The position numbers and the translations under genes are program-made. A stretch of 61,445 nucleotides of DNA, the filler included, from Choristocarpus tenellus KU-1152 (Eukaryota; Protista; Phaeophyceae), in NCBI GenBank assembly GCA_964200185.2. It is 9 parts of 9 records of this genome, joined end to end, with 100 filler letters (N's around TTAATTAATTAA, not from the genome) between each part and the next. Parts side by side here need not be neighbours in the genome. Positions count along the whole stretch, not along the records: positions 48,242 to 51,892 come from CAXNAD020018728.1; positions 51,993 to 61,445 come from CAXNAD020003661.1; 7 more parts are not named here. The stretch is one strand, 5' to 3'. Positions 49,868 through 61,445 of this stretch are shown piece by piece (position 1 is the stretch's first letter; each line of letters starts with the position of its first letter). The notes under the pieces are model-generated. The model did not search any database. It saw only the letters and a program-made list of their open reading frames with translations, and was not told the DNA's origin.

Positions 49868-50418
49868 GGTAGGTAGCTGTTGCTGCGGCTGAGGGGTTAA
49901 AGCGCACCCACTATGAGGCCTCTTTTGATCCTCATAGTTATAACCTCAACACCTTTGCGGTGGAAAGTTTTGGGTGCCTCTGTAAGCAATCAGAAATTTT
50001 TCTGGATGACTTGGCTACGCACATGGTAGGGGGGAGAGGGGCAGGAGGCTACAGCAGGAAAGGGGCTGTCAAATCCCGTCTACGACAGATAGTATCTTTC
50101 ACAACACAAGCAGCTCTATCTTGACGTGTTATGCGTTTTAAGCTGGAGACACCGAGGAGATGGGCAAGGAGGGGGCTTCTTAGATTCTTGGGATGCTTCC
50201 CTAGCTCCTCGCCCTGGTGCTGGACTAAAGTAAGTTGGAACCACAGGAAGGTAGTGGTGTACCATAGCTGTTAGAAAATAGTAAATAGATTAATTTCTTT
50301 CGCATTTTCAGCAACTGTTACTTTTTTAGGGGGTTTTCCGACATGTGAATAGTATTCATTGTTTTTTCCCCTGAGACATCTGTAAAATGTCAGAGGGCAT
50401 AATAATATAATAATAATT
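49868..50418 (+). mobile_element. 5'-truncated CRE-like (RLE) non-LTR retrotransposon 3' end with (ATA)n tail
   Basis: Translates to AVAAAEGLKRTHYEASFDPHSYNLNTFAVESFGCL...FLDDLATHMVGG...KSRLRQIVS..Q, the RLE C-terminal pattern E..K..xY...FAVESFG. It has an in-frame stop, then a 3' UTR and an AT-rich tail. Confidence 0.8.
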
Positions 50419-50907
50419 GAGGTGTGAAATGTTTTAAGAGACCAATCCCACAAGTAGTAGTGGACATCTCTTCAACCAGAGATGTCACACATCAAAGATT
50501 CTCTTTATTGTCACGTCTTGACTTCTGTGATAATTCCCCTCTCCAAAGATTCTCATCCAGTCCCCAGTTTTGTGTAAGTCCTTGCAGTCGTGCATTCATC
50601 CAACCTTAACCCCATCCTCTTGGTTACAATTCGTCTTGGTCCATCTGGTCCGTCTTGTGTGATGATTCTCTTCACAACCCTTGCTTGCGTGGGTCACGCC
50701 GTCTCAGAGCCAAAAGATTCATATTTGCGCTCAAAACCCCCCAAACGAACCCCATCAGTTGACGCGATATATTTTATTATATTGTTGCACGTCATCAATA
50801 GTGCAAAAAATAACTCTTCAACTATTTTCTATTTGGAGAACAAAGTATATACATAACAGTTCACTTCATAAAATGGTTGGTGTATCAACTATGTTCAAAT
50901 CCATCAT

Positions 50908-51419
50908 TCATTATATATATCATTATTATTCCCTCTAGCATTTTGCAGATGTGTCAGGGGAAAAACCAAGGAAAACTATTTACATGTCAGAAAAATTCCT
51001 AAAAAGTAACAGTTGTTGTAAATGTGAAAAACATTAATCTACTTGCCATTTTATGATCAGCTGTGCTGTACCACTGCCTTCCCGTGCTCCAACCTAGCTT
51101 AAGTCCTGCACCCCAGGGGAGGAGCTAGGGAAGCATCCCAAGAACCTAACAAACACCTCCTTGCCCATTTCCCTGGTGACTCCAGCTTAAAACGCATGAC
51201 ACGTCTAGACAGGGTCACCTGCATTGTAACAGACACTATTTGTCGAAGGCAGGATTTGACTGCCCCTTTCCTGCTGTAGCCTCCAGTCCCTCTCCCCCTT
51301 ACCCCGTACACAGCTAGATCATCCGGGAAACTTTCCACTTGCTCACTGAGTTGCCCAAAACGTTTCACTGTGAAGGTGTCGAGGTTATAACTACGAGGAT
51401 CAAAAAGAAACCTCGTAGC
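50908..51419 (-). mobile_element. Second CRE-like 3' end, inverted relative to 49868-50418
   Basis: ORF 51099-51368 (KGAVKSCLRQIVSVTMQVTLSRRVMRFKLE) and the 3' UTR match the + copy. Confidence 0.8.
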
Positions 51420-51825
51420 ATATATATATATATATTGTTATGCCCTCTGACATTTTGCAGATGTGTCCAGGGAAAACCAATGAAAAGCCAATTCAATATC
51501 ATAAGAACCCCCGTAAAAGTAACAGTTGTCGAAATGTGAAAGACGTTTTTCTATTGTCTATTTACAGTTTTACTAATAGCTATGCTACACCACTCCTCTC
51601 CTATGCCTCCAACGTAGCTTAGCCCTACACCACAGGGCGAGGATCTAGGGGAGCATCCCAAGAATCTGACAGGACCCTCCTTCCCGATCTCCTTGGTGTC
51701 TCCAGCTTGAAATGTATGACACATCTTGATAGAGCCACTTGGTTTATGACAGGCACTATCTGCCGTAAACGGGATTTGACAGCTCCTTTCCTGCTGTAGT
51801 CTCTCACCACTCTCCCCCCTGTGCA
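51420..51825 (-). mobile_element. Third CRE-like 3' end, abutting the second head-to-tail
   Basis: ORF 51625-51810 (YSRKGAVKSRLRQIV...FKLETPRR); (TA)n tail at 51420-51440. Confidence 0.8.
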
Positions 51826-52432
51826 AATTACCTTGGGAGGTAATGCTATTTGTTAGTAGTGAAGATAAGAAGGTGTGAAGCCTCACATGACCNNNNNNNN
51901 NNNNNNNNNNNNNNNNNNNNNNNNNNNNNNNNNNNNTTAATTAATTAANNNNNNNNNNNNNNNNNNNNNNNNNNNNNNNNNNNNNNNNNNNNACTGAGGA
52001 GGCGAACAGCAATGGTGAGAACTGCCCTGCAAGCACTGGCAGCAGTTTAGGGGGTGGGGCAACAAGCACCCCTGACCTACAAAAATACCTCCAGTGTAAA
52101 AGGAACCCCATAAACTTCACTAAGGCAGGAAATTTGTCCTTCCCCAACCCCTCAATCTGATGAAGGACTGCACTTTTAAAATCTTACACGTGTAATGTAC
52201 CAATGCAAGCTTCACTTTGTAGCTGTGGTTCACAATTGTTTTGGTGACAGGGCATGTTATATCTGTGGTCATCTTGGCAACGTAAAGGTATGGGGTAATT
52301 CACCAAACTGGAGGACGGCAAAAAGTGAAGCAAAAGGAACTTGGTATCAGGATCTCTTTGAAAACGCGCAAAGAGACTCTCAAAATCGTAAGGTGGGAAA
52401 TATCCTGGATCCAAGAGCAAGGAAGGTGGCAC

Positions 52433-53307
52433 CTTAATCTTCGTCTTCTCGCCAAAGCCCGTAATCTTGACGTCAAACACCGTTTTCTCCTCTTTGGACG
52501 CATCCCCTGCTGGTGCCCCCTCACTGTCACCACCTTCCCCATCCTCAAAATCTCCCATCGGAATCTCGTCAATTCCAAGTGCATCCTGTACACAGTTTAT
52601 TCGAGAGGGAATTTGCAATGGTGCAGTACGTAGTGGGAAGGCTATGAATCAATTTAGATGAACTCTCGGGATTGATGAGATGTTAAAGCTGATAATGGTC
52701 TACCATACTTAATTTCAATATTGCTACATAACGGCAGCATGACCCGCCAACACACCTTGTAGACCTGGATAAGTTGTGCAAGCTCCAGCACGTTAAGCTG
52801 CATGATTTCTTCTACGAGCTGTTGCACTTTCTCCGATGGACCTGTCACCACATTATCTGGCAATGGAGGTGGTGGTCCCGGATCCTCGTGCCCTTCAAAT
52901 ATATGCCCACGGTCTCTGTTGCTAGGTCTCTTGGTGGAATAGTAGTATCTGTTCGGATTGTTACCATGCCATCGGTCCAGCGTAGAAGCCAAAGCCGACA
53001 ACCCCGATCTGATATGCAGTTTCGCAAGTGTTTTAACACAAGTGGGTAGATTGTCCTAGAATGAACGAGAGGATCAACACAGAAACGAGCAGGCAACAGC
53101 GCAGTCGTACCACGTTGTCTGGTTCGACAGAGTGGGTTATGGCGTACTGTACATCACAATTTCCACCATATCGAGCGATATTACGGCTGGAGAAGGGCCT
53201 TACCTTCTTCCTCTTCTCTTACACGACTGTTCTTGTACAAAATGTCCCAATCTTCGACTCGTGAGCGCCAATGCCCGCCCAGCAGGACGTGCGACGATAT
53301 GTGCCAT
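52433..53307 (-). CDS. MRPL12: Mitochondrial ribosomal protein L7/L12 (bL12m), first three exons (runs off the contig)
   Basis: Exons 53307-53204 (Arg-rich presequence MAHIVARPAGRALALTSRRLG), 53008-52756 (SEKVQQLVEEIMQLNVLELAQLI), 52585-52433 (EEKTVFDVKITGFGEKTKIK). The exon-2 acceptor was chosen by phase. Confidence 0.88.
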
Positions 53308-53585
53308 TGGACAAAGGCGACTCTATTGTGGGCTCGGTGCAAATCGAAAGTGCACCAGATACCTAATATGAGAACAAGGCCATACGGAGATTTACAAGCA
53401 CCAGTGCTGTAATTACTATGGAGGAGCTGAGATCTCACTGATGTCGTCAGTCACAGAGTTTTGACCTTTGTGGACTACAAGGTGGCTAGAACCTTTGAGT
53501 CCATATATACGGTGCCGTATTTCACAGATGACCTGTTTCCTCTATAATGATCACAATTATATATCGATATTAGATTGAGTCCCTA
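53308..53585. promoter_or_regulatory. Probable bidirectional promoter between MRPL12 (-) and the methyltransferase (+)
   Basis: Divergent start codons 278 bp apart; inferred from arrangement only. Confidence 0.5.
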
Positions 53586-54916
53586 ATGGCAATCTCTGTG
53601 TCTCCTGTGGTAGAGGTGCTGAGGAAAGACTTCTCCCACAGTGACAACGGAGACATTCTGTGCAATGAGAGCATCGATATCAAGGTGGGCATCTTTTTTT
53701 TTCTCTTCTTAGGTAGTCAGTCACGAAGGTGGTTAATAGGAGTATATACTTGTTCCTCTGATGTAGGATTCCCACTTTAACCAGATCCTTGTTTGAGTCT
53801 CGACTTCCTTTGAATCTCGTAGTTCGATGGAAAGATCCTACACTTGTCGCAGGTTTGGGAGAATGGTGAGGAGCTGGCACCAATCTTTAGCGGTGCGTGC
53901 TGGGCGGGTACGGTGGTTTGGCAAGCTGCCCTGGACCTGTGCAATTACGTGAGCAAGCACCTGCGCGATGATCTTCCGGGGGCAACGGTTGTGGAACTTG
54001 GCGCGGGAATGTGAGCTATCGCTACAAATACTCTTATTCTTCTGTGGAGGAGGTTGTTGCAAGGGCGAGACTGGGGATACCTTGGCAAGTACGGTCTTTT
54101 AAATTGAATGGTCGAGGCTGGCGAGGTTTCTCCTGGGCAGGTCAAAGATTTAACTTGAACACCCCTTTGCGCAACCCAAAAATGAAAATGCCCCAAATAT
54201 CTCACTACATACTTTTTTGCGATCATGTCTTGTGCCCCTTCCTTCTCTCTAGAGGGGTACCAGGGATGATAGCACGTTTGCTGGGCGCTAAGGTGGTCCT
54301 CACTGAACAGGACGAGCTTCTTTCCCTAATGCAGCGCAATATTGATGCAAACTTTTTCGGCGATAAAGAAATTCGCTGCAAAACGCTTGATTGGGGCCGG
54401 GCAGCGGATACAGACGATCTATTAGATTCACTTGTGCCCACCCCTTCAACAACCTCTGCAAGCAGAGTGACTACGATCAAGGAGGTTGACGATGCCATAG
54501 ACGGGGCAGTGGATATTGGAGAGCTAGGAGTTTGCGCAGGAGAAGGTAGGGGGGATAGGTGTTTGGATCTTGTGCTCTGTGCAGACTGCGTCTATGAGCC
54601 TCTCTACGGTAACTCTTGGAAGACATTGGTGCAAGTCATGAGGAGGCTGGGTGGCAGGGGTACTCGCATCCTCACATCGGTGGAGAGGAGAAACAAGGAT
54701 GGTGTTCCTGAGTTCTTGCAAGCATGCAGGAATGAGGGATTTGATGTGCGACAGGTGTGGCACTCTGTCGAGGGTGCGGCTTCAGTGGTGGAGATACACG
54801 AACTTCATAGTCACTTGGCTCAGGCAGAACACCAGGAGCAGTGTGGTGACTACCTTGAGACAACAGACCCACCAGAAAAGAAAATCACATATTTAGAAGG
54901 ACCTGGGCCAACCTGA
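53586..54916 (+). CDS. METTL21-family (Methyltransf_16) protein-lysine methyltransferase, complete 3-exon gene (~306 aa)
   Basis: Exons 53586-53684, 53853-54010, 54253-54916. Motifs GTVVWQAALDL, VVELGAGIGVPG, VVLTE, LDWG and DLVLCADCVY (DXXY). Confidence 0.92.
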
Positions 54917-57900
54917 TCAGTGCAAAAGGTTATCGCATAGTAACGGTCATAAATTCAACATTTTTGTAGAGACTTTTGTACCAAGGTCGTGTTCTGTGTG
55001 CATCTCTATTTAAACACCTTTTCCAACCTAAGATCCAATAGTGTAGTGTGCTGCAACTTTCTGTGTGATGTCGGTAGTCTGTAGGATGGTAAAGTCAGGG
55101 GGGGTGGGAAGCTTTTCTACCTCACAGGGAAAATGTAGCATTTGTGAGCCTTCAATGGCACCAACTTGTATTGAACAAAGCCTTTGTAATTTCGTTTGAA
55201 ATGCTGTTTATTCAGGGAGTACAAATAGAAAGTGGCTTACACCACTTGCAATTGCAGTGTGCCTCTTGATCTTCTGCTGCTACCGGACAGCCTTTGTTTC
55301 ATCCCCTACCCCATTTAATCTTTTATTGGATGGAACTGGTCCCAACTTTAGTGACGGCATTATCTGATGTTGACTGGGTCCTATTCTAACCTCTACGAGG
55401 GGGACTGAATCCCTCTCTGTTTTATCCCAGACTCAATAAAGTTGGTAAGAATGCTTTGCAGTGGATGTGTCCTCCTCGATGATGAGTCAAATAGGCCATT
55501 TTATCATGGGCGAGAGTGTTGCTTTTTTGTACTACAAGGTATACAGTAGTGCGCCAGACAAGCATTCATTGTAGCGAAGCCAAGCTTGTTTATTTTTTTA
55601 TTCTCACCAGGTTGCTCGCTTTGAAGTATTTGAAGTTGCACAGCTACTACGTGTATGTAGTACTTTGAGTTCCTTCCTTACCTGAAACTCCATGAAGGTA
55701 CTGCCAAACATTCCCAAACCTTGGTACACAGTTTGTACTGCTGGAAGAGCTTTCTGCATGCAAGGGCTATCTCATCTATCATTGGGTCAACTTCAAAATG
55801 TGAATTGAAAAGCTTGCTTTGGTAAGGAGCAATGTCTTTTTGGTTGAATTGATTTCACACTTGCCTTTGCATACTAGTATTGTACTGCAACAGTGATTTA
55901 TCCATCCCGACATTTAGTGGGTGGCATATATGAGGGATCTAAATATAATACTATGTAGTAGAATACCACAGTAGTATTTACCAGACTTGTGTTTAGTCAA
56001 CATTATTCAGAACAGGGTTTGAACTTTGAATCAGGATGATATGCCTACACTTCACTGGAACCACGATCCTTCTAATTTGTTATCTGCCCTTAACCTGCCG
56101 GATTTTTGATATTGCGAAAAATGACTTGATTAGTTCTAGCCCTCACACAGAGCATTGTGAGTGACTAGAGGTGCAATATGAACAGCTTGGATGAAATGGT
56201 TGAGTAAGTGGCATGAACTGCACCTTCCACCCCTCCTTGTGGAGAGTGGATGAATTAGAGTTCTCTCTCCAGGCAGTTTCAGTCTCAATACGCTTTTTAT
56301 ATTTCTCTTCCTACAGTAGTGTGCTTGTGGTGGGATCTAACATTTAGAGACCCTACCTGTCACATTTGTTGCACGGAATCTGACATACACTATATTACTC
56401 ACACTCATGTCTGCTACAGAAATGTAGTTGGGTGAAGTGGGTAGTACTACCCCTTTAAAAAAAAAAACAGTCATTGCAATTTTTTGGATATTTTGCTGCA
56501 GTGTGATGTATATTTCTCCTGGAAGGTTTGATACAGTACTTAAGAAATACTATTCTAAATTCAAGATTTTTTTTCACAAATTTAAAACAACAAACGTAGA
56601 AATACGAGTTTACACGAAACGATTCAGAAACTCAATATATATATTTATAGTCTTGTTGCAAGTAATGCATCTATTGTGCTGCTATAACATCATGAAGCTC
56701 TTCTTATAACTGTCTATTATTACAAATCCTTCAGTGCAGTAAAGGGGTTCTCCTATAGACTGAGGAAGGGAAGACATGGTACATTTGTTTTGTTACACAA
56801 GATACAAGACACGCACTTTTCTAAACACTAGTATCTTAATTACGGTATGTCCTTTTGACATCCAGGGCCCAGTCATGGCACGCGTTTGCTGCCTTCTGCA
56901 GGTGGACACCATTGAGACAGAGAAACACCATCGCAGATTTTATGCCATTGAGTGTAGATATTTGTGTGTATTGAGAAAAATGACAGGACTAACCGATAAA
57001 CTTTCTCTACAGGTTACGTGGAGAAATGAAGATAAGTAGTGCGCCTCTGCTTATTTCACTTTCACAGGCGGCAGGCATGGTATGTGTAGGTGTTACTCCA
57101 TGTTGCTGTAGGTATATATATAACAACCAAAGTGGTCCTAATTATTCCGTTCGATTTTTATTCCCCCCCCCCCCGAAGAGGTGGAACAGGATAATATCCT
57201 TCAAATTCTAGGGAAAAAAAAAGGTTTCTTTTGTTGTGGGGGAGGTGCGGTAGCTGTTAGATCCTCCTGTCTAGGAAAATCAGCTCTACCTCATAGAACC
57301 TTGCAACCAACCTACTTCAAAGTTCACACCCTTCTGTATTTCTCCTTGTGTCACACCTTGCTCAAAAGGTAGAGCGTGCCTTGAGCAGCACATCCTAATG
57401 ATAGCACAAGGTGGGCTGCTGGGGTGACATAGTCTTGGTCATGCCGTGTGAAAAACGAGTAGGTGTACAAGCAACATCTATCTGCAGCCTCCGTGCCCAA
57501 ATTTTCACAGTATGGTTCCCGATATGCTACAGATATTTTACTTCATGTTGCTTTATTCAGAGCCAATACTACTAAATGTGCTACAAATATTGATACTCAG
57601 CATTAGGAGGATTATTGAAACAAAGTTTTACAACACAAAAGTAGTCAGTGATGATTAGCCTAGTACATACGGTCCAGGAGAACATCAAATTATGCAAAAG
57701 ATAACCCACAAGGTATTAGAACATTCTGGTTGTGTTCACTGGCAGGCTCTATACCTATCTGCTTCACACCACGAGTGAAAGCTGCAGCATCTGCTTAAGT
57801 GGGGATCTTTGGACCCGTGCTTGAATCTATGTAACCCCCCTTGGGGTGTTCATTTAATAAGGTTACTTACACACACACACACACACAACAATAAGCAACT

Positions 57901-58105
57901 CAAGTGTGACTGAAGTCGCAGCGCATGGGTCTGAACAGCACAGTTACCTTGCTCTTAATGATGAGCTGTAATTGCTACTGATACAAGAATCTCCATCTTC
58001 TACACTGAGGTTTCTTCCAGCACCACCACTTCAACGATACACTTGTTTTTCTCAAGGTCCGGCCCTACACAATTGTGACTCATCTCACTCAACGATCAAG
58101 CCGAG

Positions 58106-60539
58106 TTATGATGCAGTCCTCAGATCCTGAAAAAAGGCTCTGATAGAGCCAGTGTGTCTAGCCGTAAAAGTCCAAAAGTGCAAATCGACGCAAGAATAAA
58201 TCACTATAAAAACAAGAGGGCAACTCACCGTTTGTAACCTGGAGTACAAGGTTAGGGTTTGCTTGCATATCACAACACCGACTTGGTGACTCCTGGGCAT
58301 TGACAACTTAAGAGTAAACTACTACAAAACAGTGTATTACCCAGTCAGTTCATGTGTTCAATGTAATTGAAAGTCAACCGAGGAAGGCAGCAAACACCAC
58401 AATCGCCCACTATTTTAAATGGAAGCGGGCATTTTTTTTTTTTTCCCCAATTGCAGTCGATGAGACTCCTTTTCCTTTTACATACACAACATGCCCACAA
58501 AAAGACAATTAAGGTAATAGTAAAACTGAAGGCTACTTCAGAAACAGCTCTCACACAGCTAACTGGTTGCAACACTCTGCTCCCTACCCTTTCTAGGAGG
58601 CCTGGCATTAGGAGGAGCAGAAGGGTCTTCATAAAAAAAAAGTATACCTAAGGAGCTAAGCACACACACACATACACACACACACAAAAGCAAAAATACT
58701 TTGACCTCGATGCAACAAGGAGATTGGGGAGTGAAGTGGAATACTCACTTATCACACATCCTATTGTTTCATCCTGGTCAGGGCAAGACCCACACTCATA
58801 ACTTGAGGTACTGGGGCATTGCCCTGGGACACCATGCCAAATTTTACAACAAACACCGAGCATTCACACCCAACAAAGCTAGCTCCTGTCACATTTACAA
58901 AACTACTCAGAATCAAACGCACAGAAAGTTCACGTAACGTAATGGGGGAGGGTGTGTGACAAAACTCACAGCTGGTCATCCGCAATGAATCGATTGCCCT
59001 CGCTGTTTGAACCGTCATATCTGTCACGTAACACAGGACCAGAATAGCACGACACGGTACACAGGTTAAAAAACAAAAACAAAAAAAACCCCAATATTTT
59101 TCCAGGAAAATTCAGCCACGATGTATCTAACTGACACTGCACGATACCCCAACCACTAGCCTTCCAAGGGGTCAAAGACATCTGCGTGTTGTTGATGATG
59201 CAGGCAAAAAAGGGGCCGCCGTGGGACTGCAAGATCACCGACACCCCCAAGGGCTCGAATTATTTATTATTTAATTCTAGACCGTCGCCTGCACATCTGA
59301 AAAAGGGGGGAGGTCACAACACTGCAAACAGTTGAGGACTTGAAGGGCAAAAGACACCGTAACACTTCACGATAACACTTTGCAGTAACACTTCACGATA
59401 ACACTTTGCAGTAACACTTCACGATAACACTTTGCAGTAACACTTCACGATAACACTTCGCAATAACACTTCACGATAACACTTTGCAGTAACACTTCAC
59501 GATAACACTTTGCAGTAACACTTCACGATAACACTTTGCAGTAACACTTCACGATAACACTTCACATCTTTGTTTTGTTTTGTTTTTCTTTCCTGGTGTG
59601 AGTTTCTTGCCAATCAAAGGGGCTGCGTCCGTACCGCAGGAACCAGATCAGATCAACACGTTCTACTACTCCAGGGGTTTACAATTCGTGCGGCGTGTGG
59701 CGACGAGTTCAATCAGAAAGCAGGCGACTGGATCCATGAGAAAGCCCAGTCAAGAGCACAATTTTGTACCCCCTTCATTGACCAAACAAACACACACCCC
59801 AGTTGTTGTAGACAGCGCACATCCCGGACAAAACTAACTGCGTCTGATAGTGGATTATAGTATCCGTTGCACGACGAGTACATAAAAAAAAAAACTCAGG
59901 AGACATCAATATATAATGCACATAAAAAAAAGTTTAGGGACGCGCGAGGACTTTGCAATAACAAAACACTTTTTTTTTTCTTTGCTCACTCACGATTGGT
60001 GCAAAAANNNNNNNNTTTTTTCTTTGACCACACACAATTGAAGAAAAAAAAAAAAACGACTGAGGCATATATATATATATATACATATATACATACATAC
60101 GCAACTGAAAAAGAAAAGATGACGTAAAACCTAAACCCACCCAAAACTTCCAGGAAAAACCACAGGCACAAACAACTTGATCCGCCCCGACACAAGCTTG
60201 ATTGAACCCACAACACAGCATAACACATCACATCACATCACAACACAACACAACACAACACGATATGAACCAGAACCCCTGCCCCTGCCCCGAACCAAAG
60301 CAGCAAAGCCAAGCAGCCTGCTCACAAACGGCTTACCTTCTTCGAGAGATAGACAGTACGCCCACGGAGCGTTGGACAGGTTCATAGGTCGCAATGTTGA
60401 GTGTTGGACGCACACCAAGGGGGTCATAATCCACCGTTGGCTTAGTCACAAAGAAACCCTTTGTCTGCTCGGGTTCGAGCCGTTCCTCTAGTTGTCGCTT
60501 TTCAGCAAAATGTCCCCGGACGGAGGCGTCCCTACTTTC
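58106..60539 (-). CDS. 3' exons of an unidentified gene, including a 10-nt microexon
   Basis: Phase-compatible GT-AG exons 60539-60337, 59020-58970, 58238-58229 and 58126-58106 give ESRDASVRGHFAEKRQLEERLEPEQTKGFFVTKPTVDYDPLGVRPTLNIATYEPVQRSVGVLSISRRRYDGSNSEGNRFIADDQLLQTDLRTAS*. No family recognised. Confidence 0.45.
59359..59565 (+). repeat. 26-bp minisatellite (~8 copies) built from two related 13-mers
   Basis: (GTAACACTTCACG-ATAACACTTTGCA)n, nearly perfect. Confidence 0.95.
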
Positions 60540-61445
60540 CTAACGGACACCAAAGTTGAGAAAAAAAAGAAACATAAAACATAATAATTATGATTATTAT
60601 CAACAATAGGGAGACCTAGACGGGGGGAGGGAGAAGAGGCGTACATACACTCTATTTGAGTTGGGAGTGTGTTTCAGATCATGTGAAGGATTACCTCGCC
60701 GCTCACTTGCCATTCTCAGAAAGGAAACGACAATACTATACTTGGACAGCATCGTGAGTCCCCTATTGGGTTAGCTCCAAGCACCACTGAAGTATGCAGG
60801 AGAAGGTGTATGCCCAGACTTTTGTAGAGGGTAAACTTTCCACTCAAGCAAGAATGACATGGATCAACAACAACAACAACAACAACAACAACGAACAGCC
60901 AGACGCCTGCCTACCCCATAACCCACCCCACTATGACCTCGAAATGCATGCACCCGATCTCTCCCTCCCTCTCTCTTTCTCTCTCTCTCCCTCCCTCTCT
61001 GCTTCTCACAAGTGAGAATGGCAAATGATGCTGCTACTAACGTGTAATGAAACTGTAAAGCAACACTCATTATTGATCTACGCCAGGGAAGAAAGAAACA
61101 GACAACTGAAAGTGCAGCCTTCCTACTCAATTTACTATTGTTGCTAATACTATCAACTGCAAGCACTGGGACAGGGTCAGGCATAGAATCTCATATCGCT
61201 AATACTCCCGTTTGCCCAAAGGTCGAAATTGTAAGGCCGAAGTATAAAAATATAAAAGACACCTCTAATTTGTTATGGGTACATAAAAATAAAAAAATGT
61301 TCTTCTGCAGCGTATATCTTTTTGACATATAGAAATCGCTTGTATCACAAGATTCAACGCAATTTTCAAAAAACCTTACCATGCTTACTTTCGAAGTCAA
61401 GTTCTACCCGAATGTGGGAGGGTAAGGGGTGTGTAAGGGGTGGGG

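Noticed and set aside
59359-59565. Possible CRISPR array
   Set aside because: Contiguous tandem units with no unique spacers and no cas genes.

Overview
Eukaryotic, intron-rich nuclear DNA, most likely from a photosynthetic stramenopile (brown alga or close relative). This is inferred from a signal-peptide-bearing proteasome subunit, an IspD exon, flagellar-type roadblock and GT-AG introns. The window is not contiguous. It consists of nine contigs joined by artificial 100-bp spacers (N44-TTAATTAATTAA-N44), so adjacency across spacers may not be biological. Spliced genes I could rebuild by hand: roadblock dynein light chain (complete) head-to-head with Sec61 alpha (5' part); the C-terminus of an oligopeptidase B/PREPL-like S9A peptidase; a divergent proteasome alpha7-like protein with an N-terminal signal peptide; a small secreted Asp-rich protein; the last exon of IspD; a PX+DUSP-domain gene; a UFD1-family gene (5' part); mitochondrial L7/L12 (5' part) head-to-head with a complete METTL21-family methyltransferase; and the 3' end of an unknown gene. 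Repeats: two related MITE families, clustered 3' ends of CRE-like non-LTR retroelements, a ~290-bp fold-back element with Pol III-like boxes, and a 26-bp minisatellite. The most striking region is the 3.2-kb contig at 28820-32011. It holds a spliced ParB/Srx-fold gene and a Cys-rich transposase-like gene, transcribed divergently from a ~0.95-kb AT-rich array of four diverged repeats. The variable parts of that array carry long perfect palindromes with compensatory changes. This is a candidate eukaryotic mobile element with a ParB-plus-palindromic-site module.
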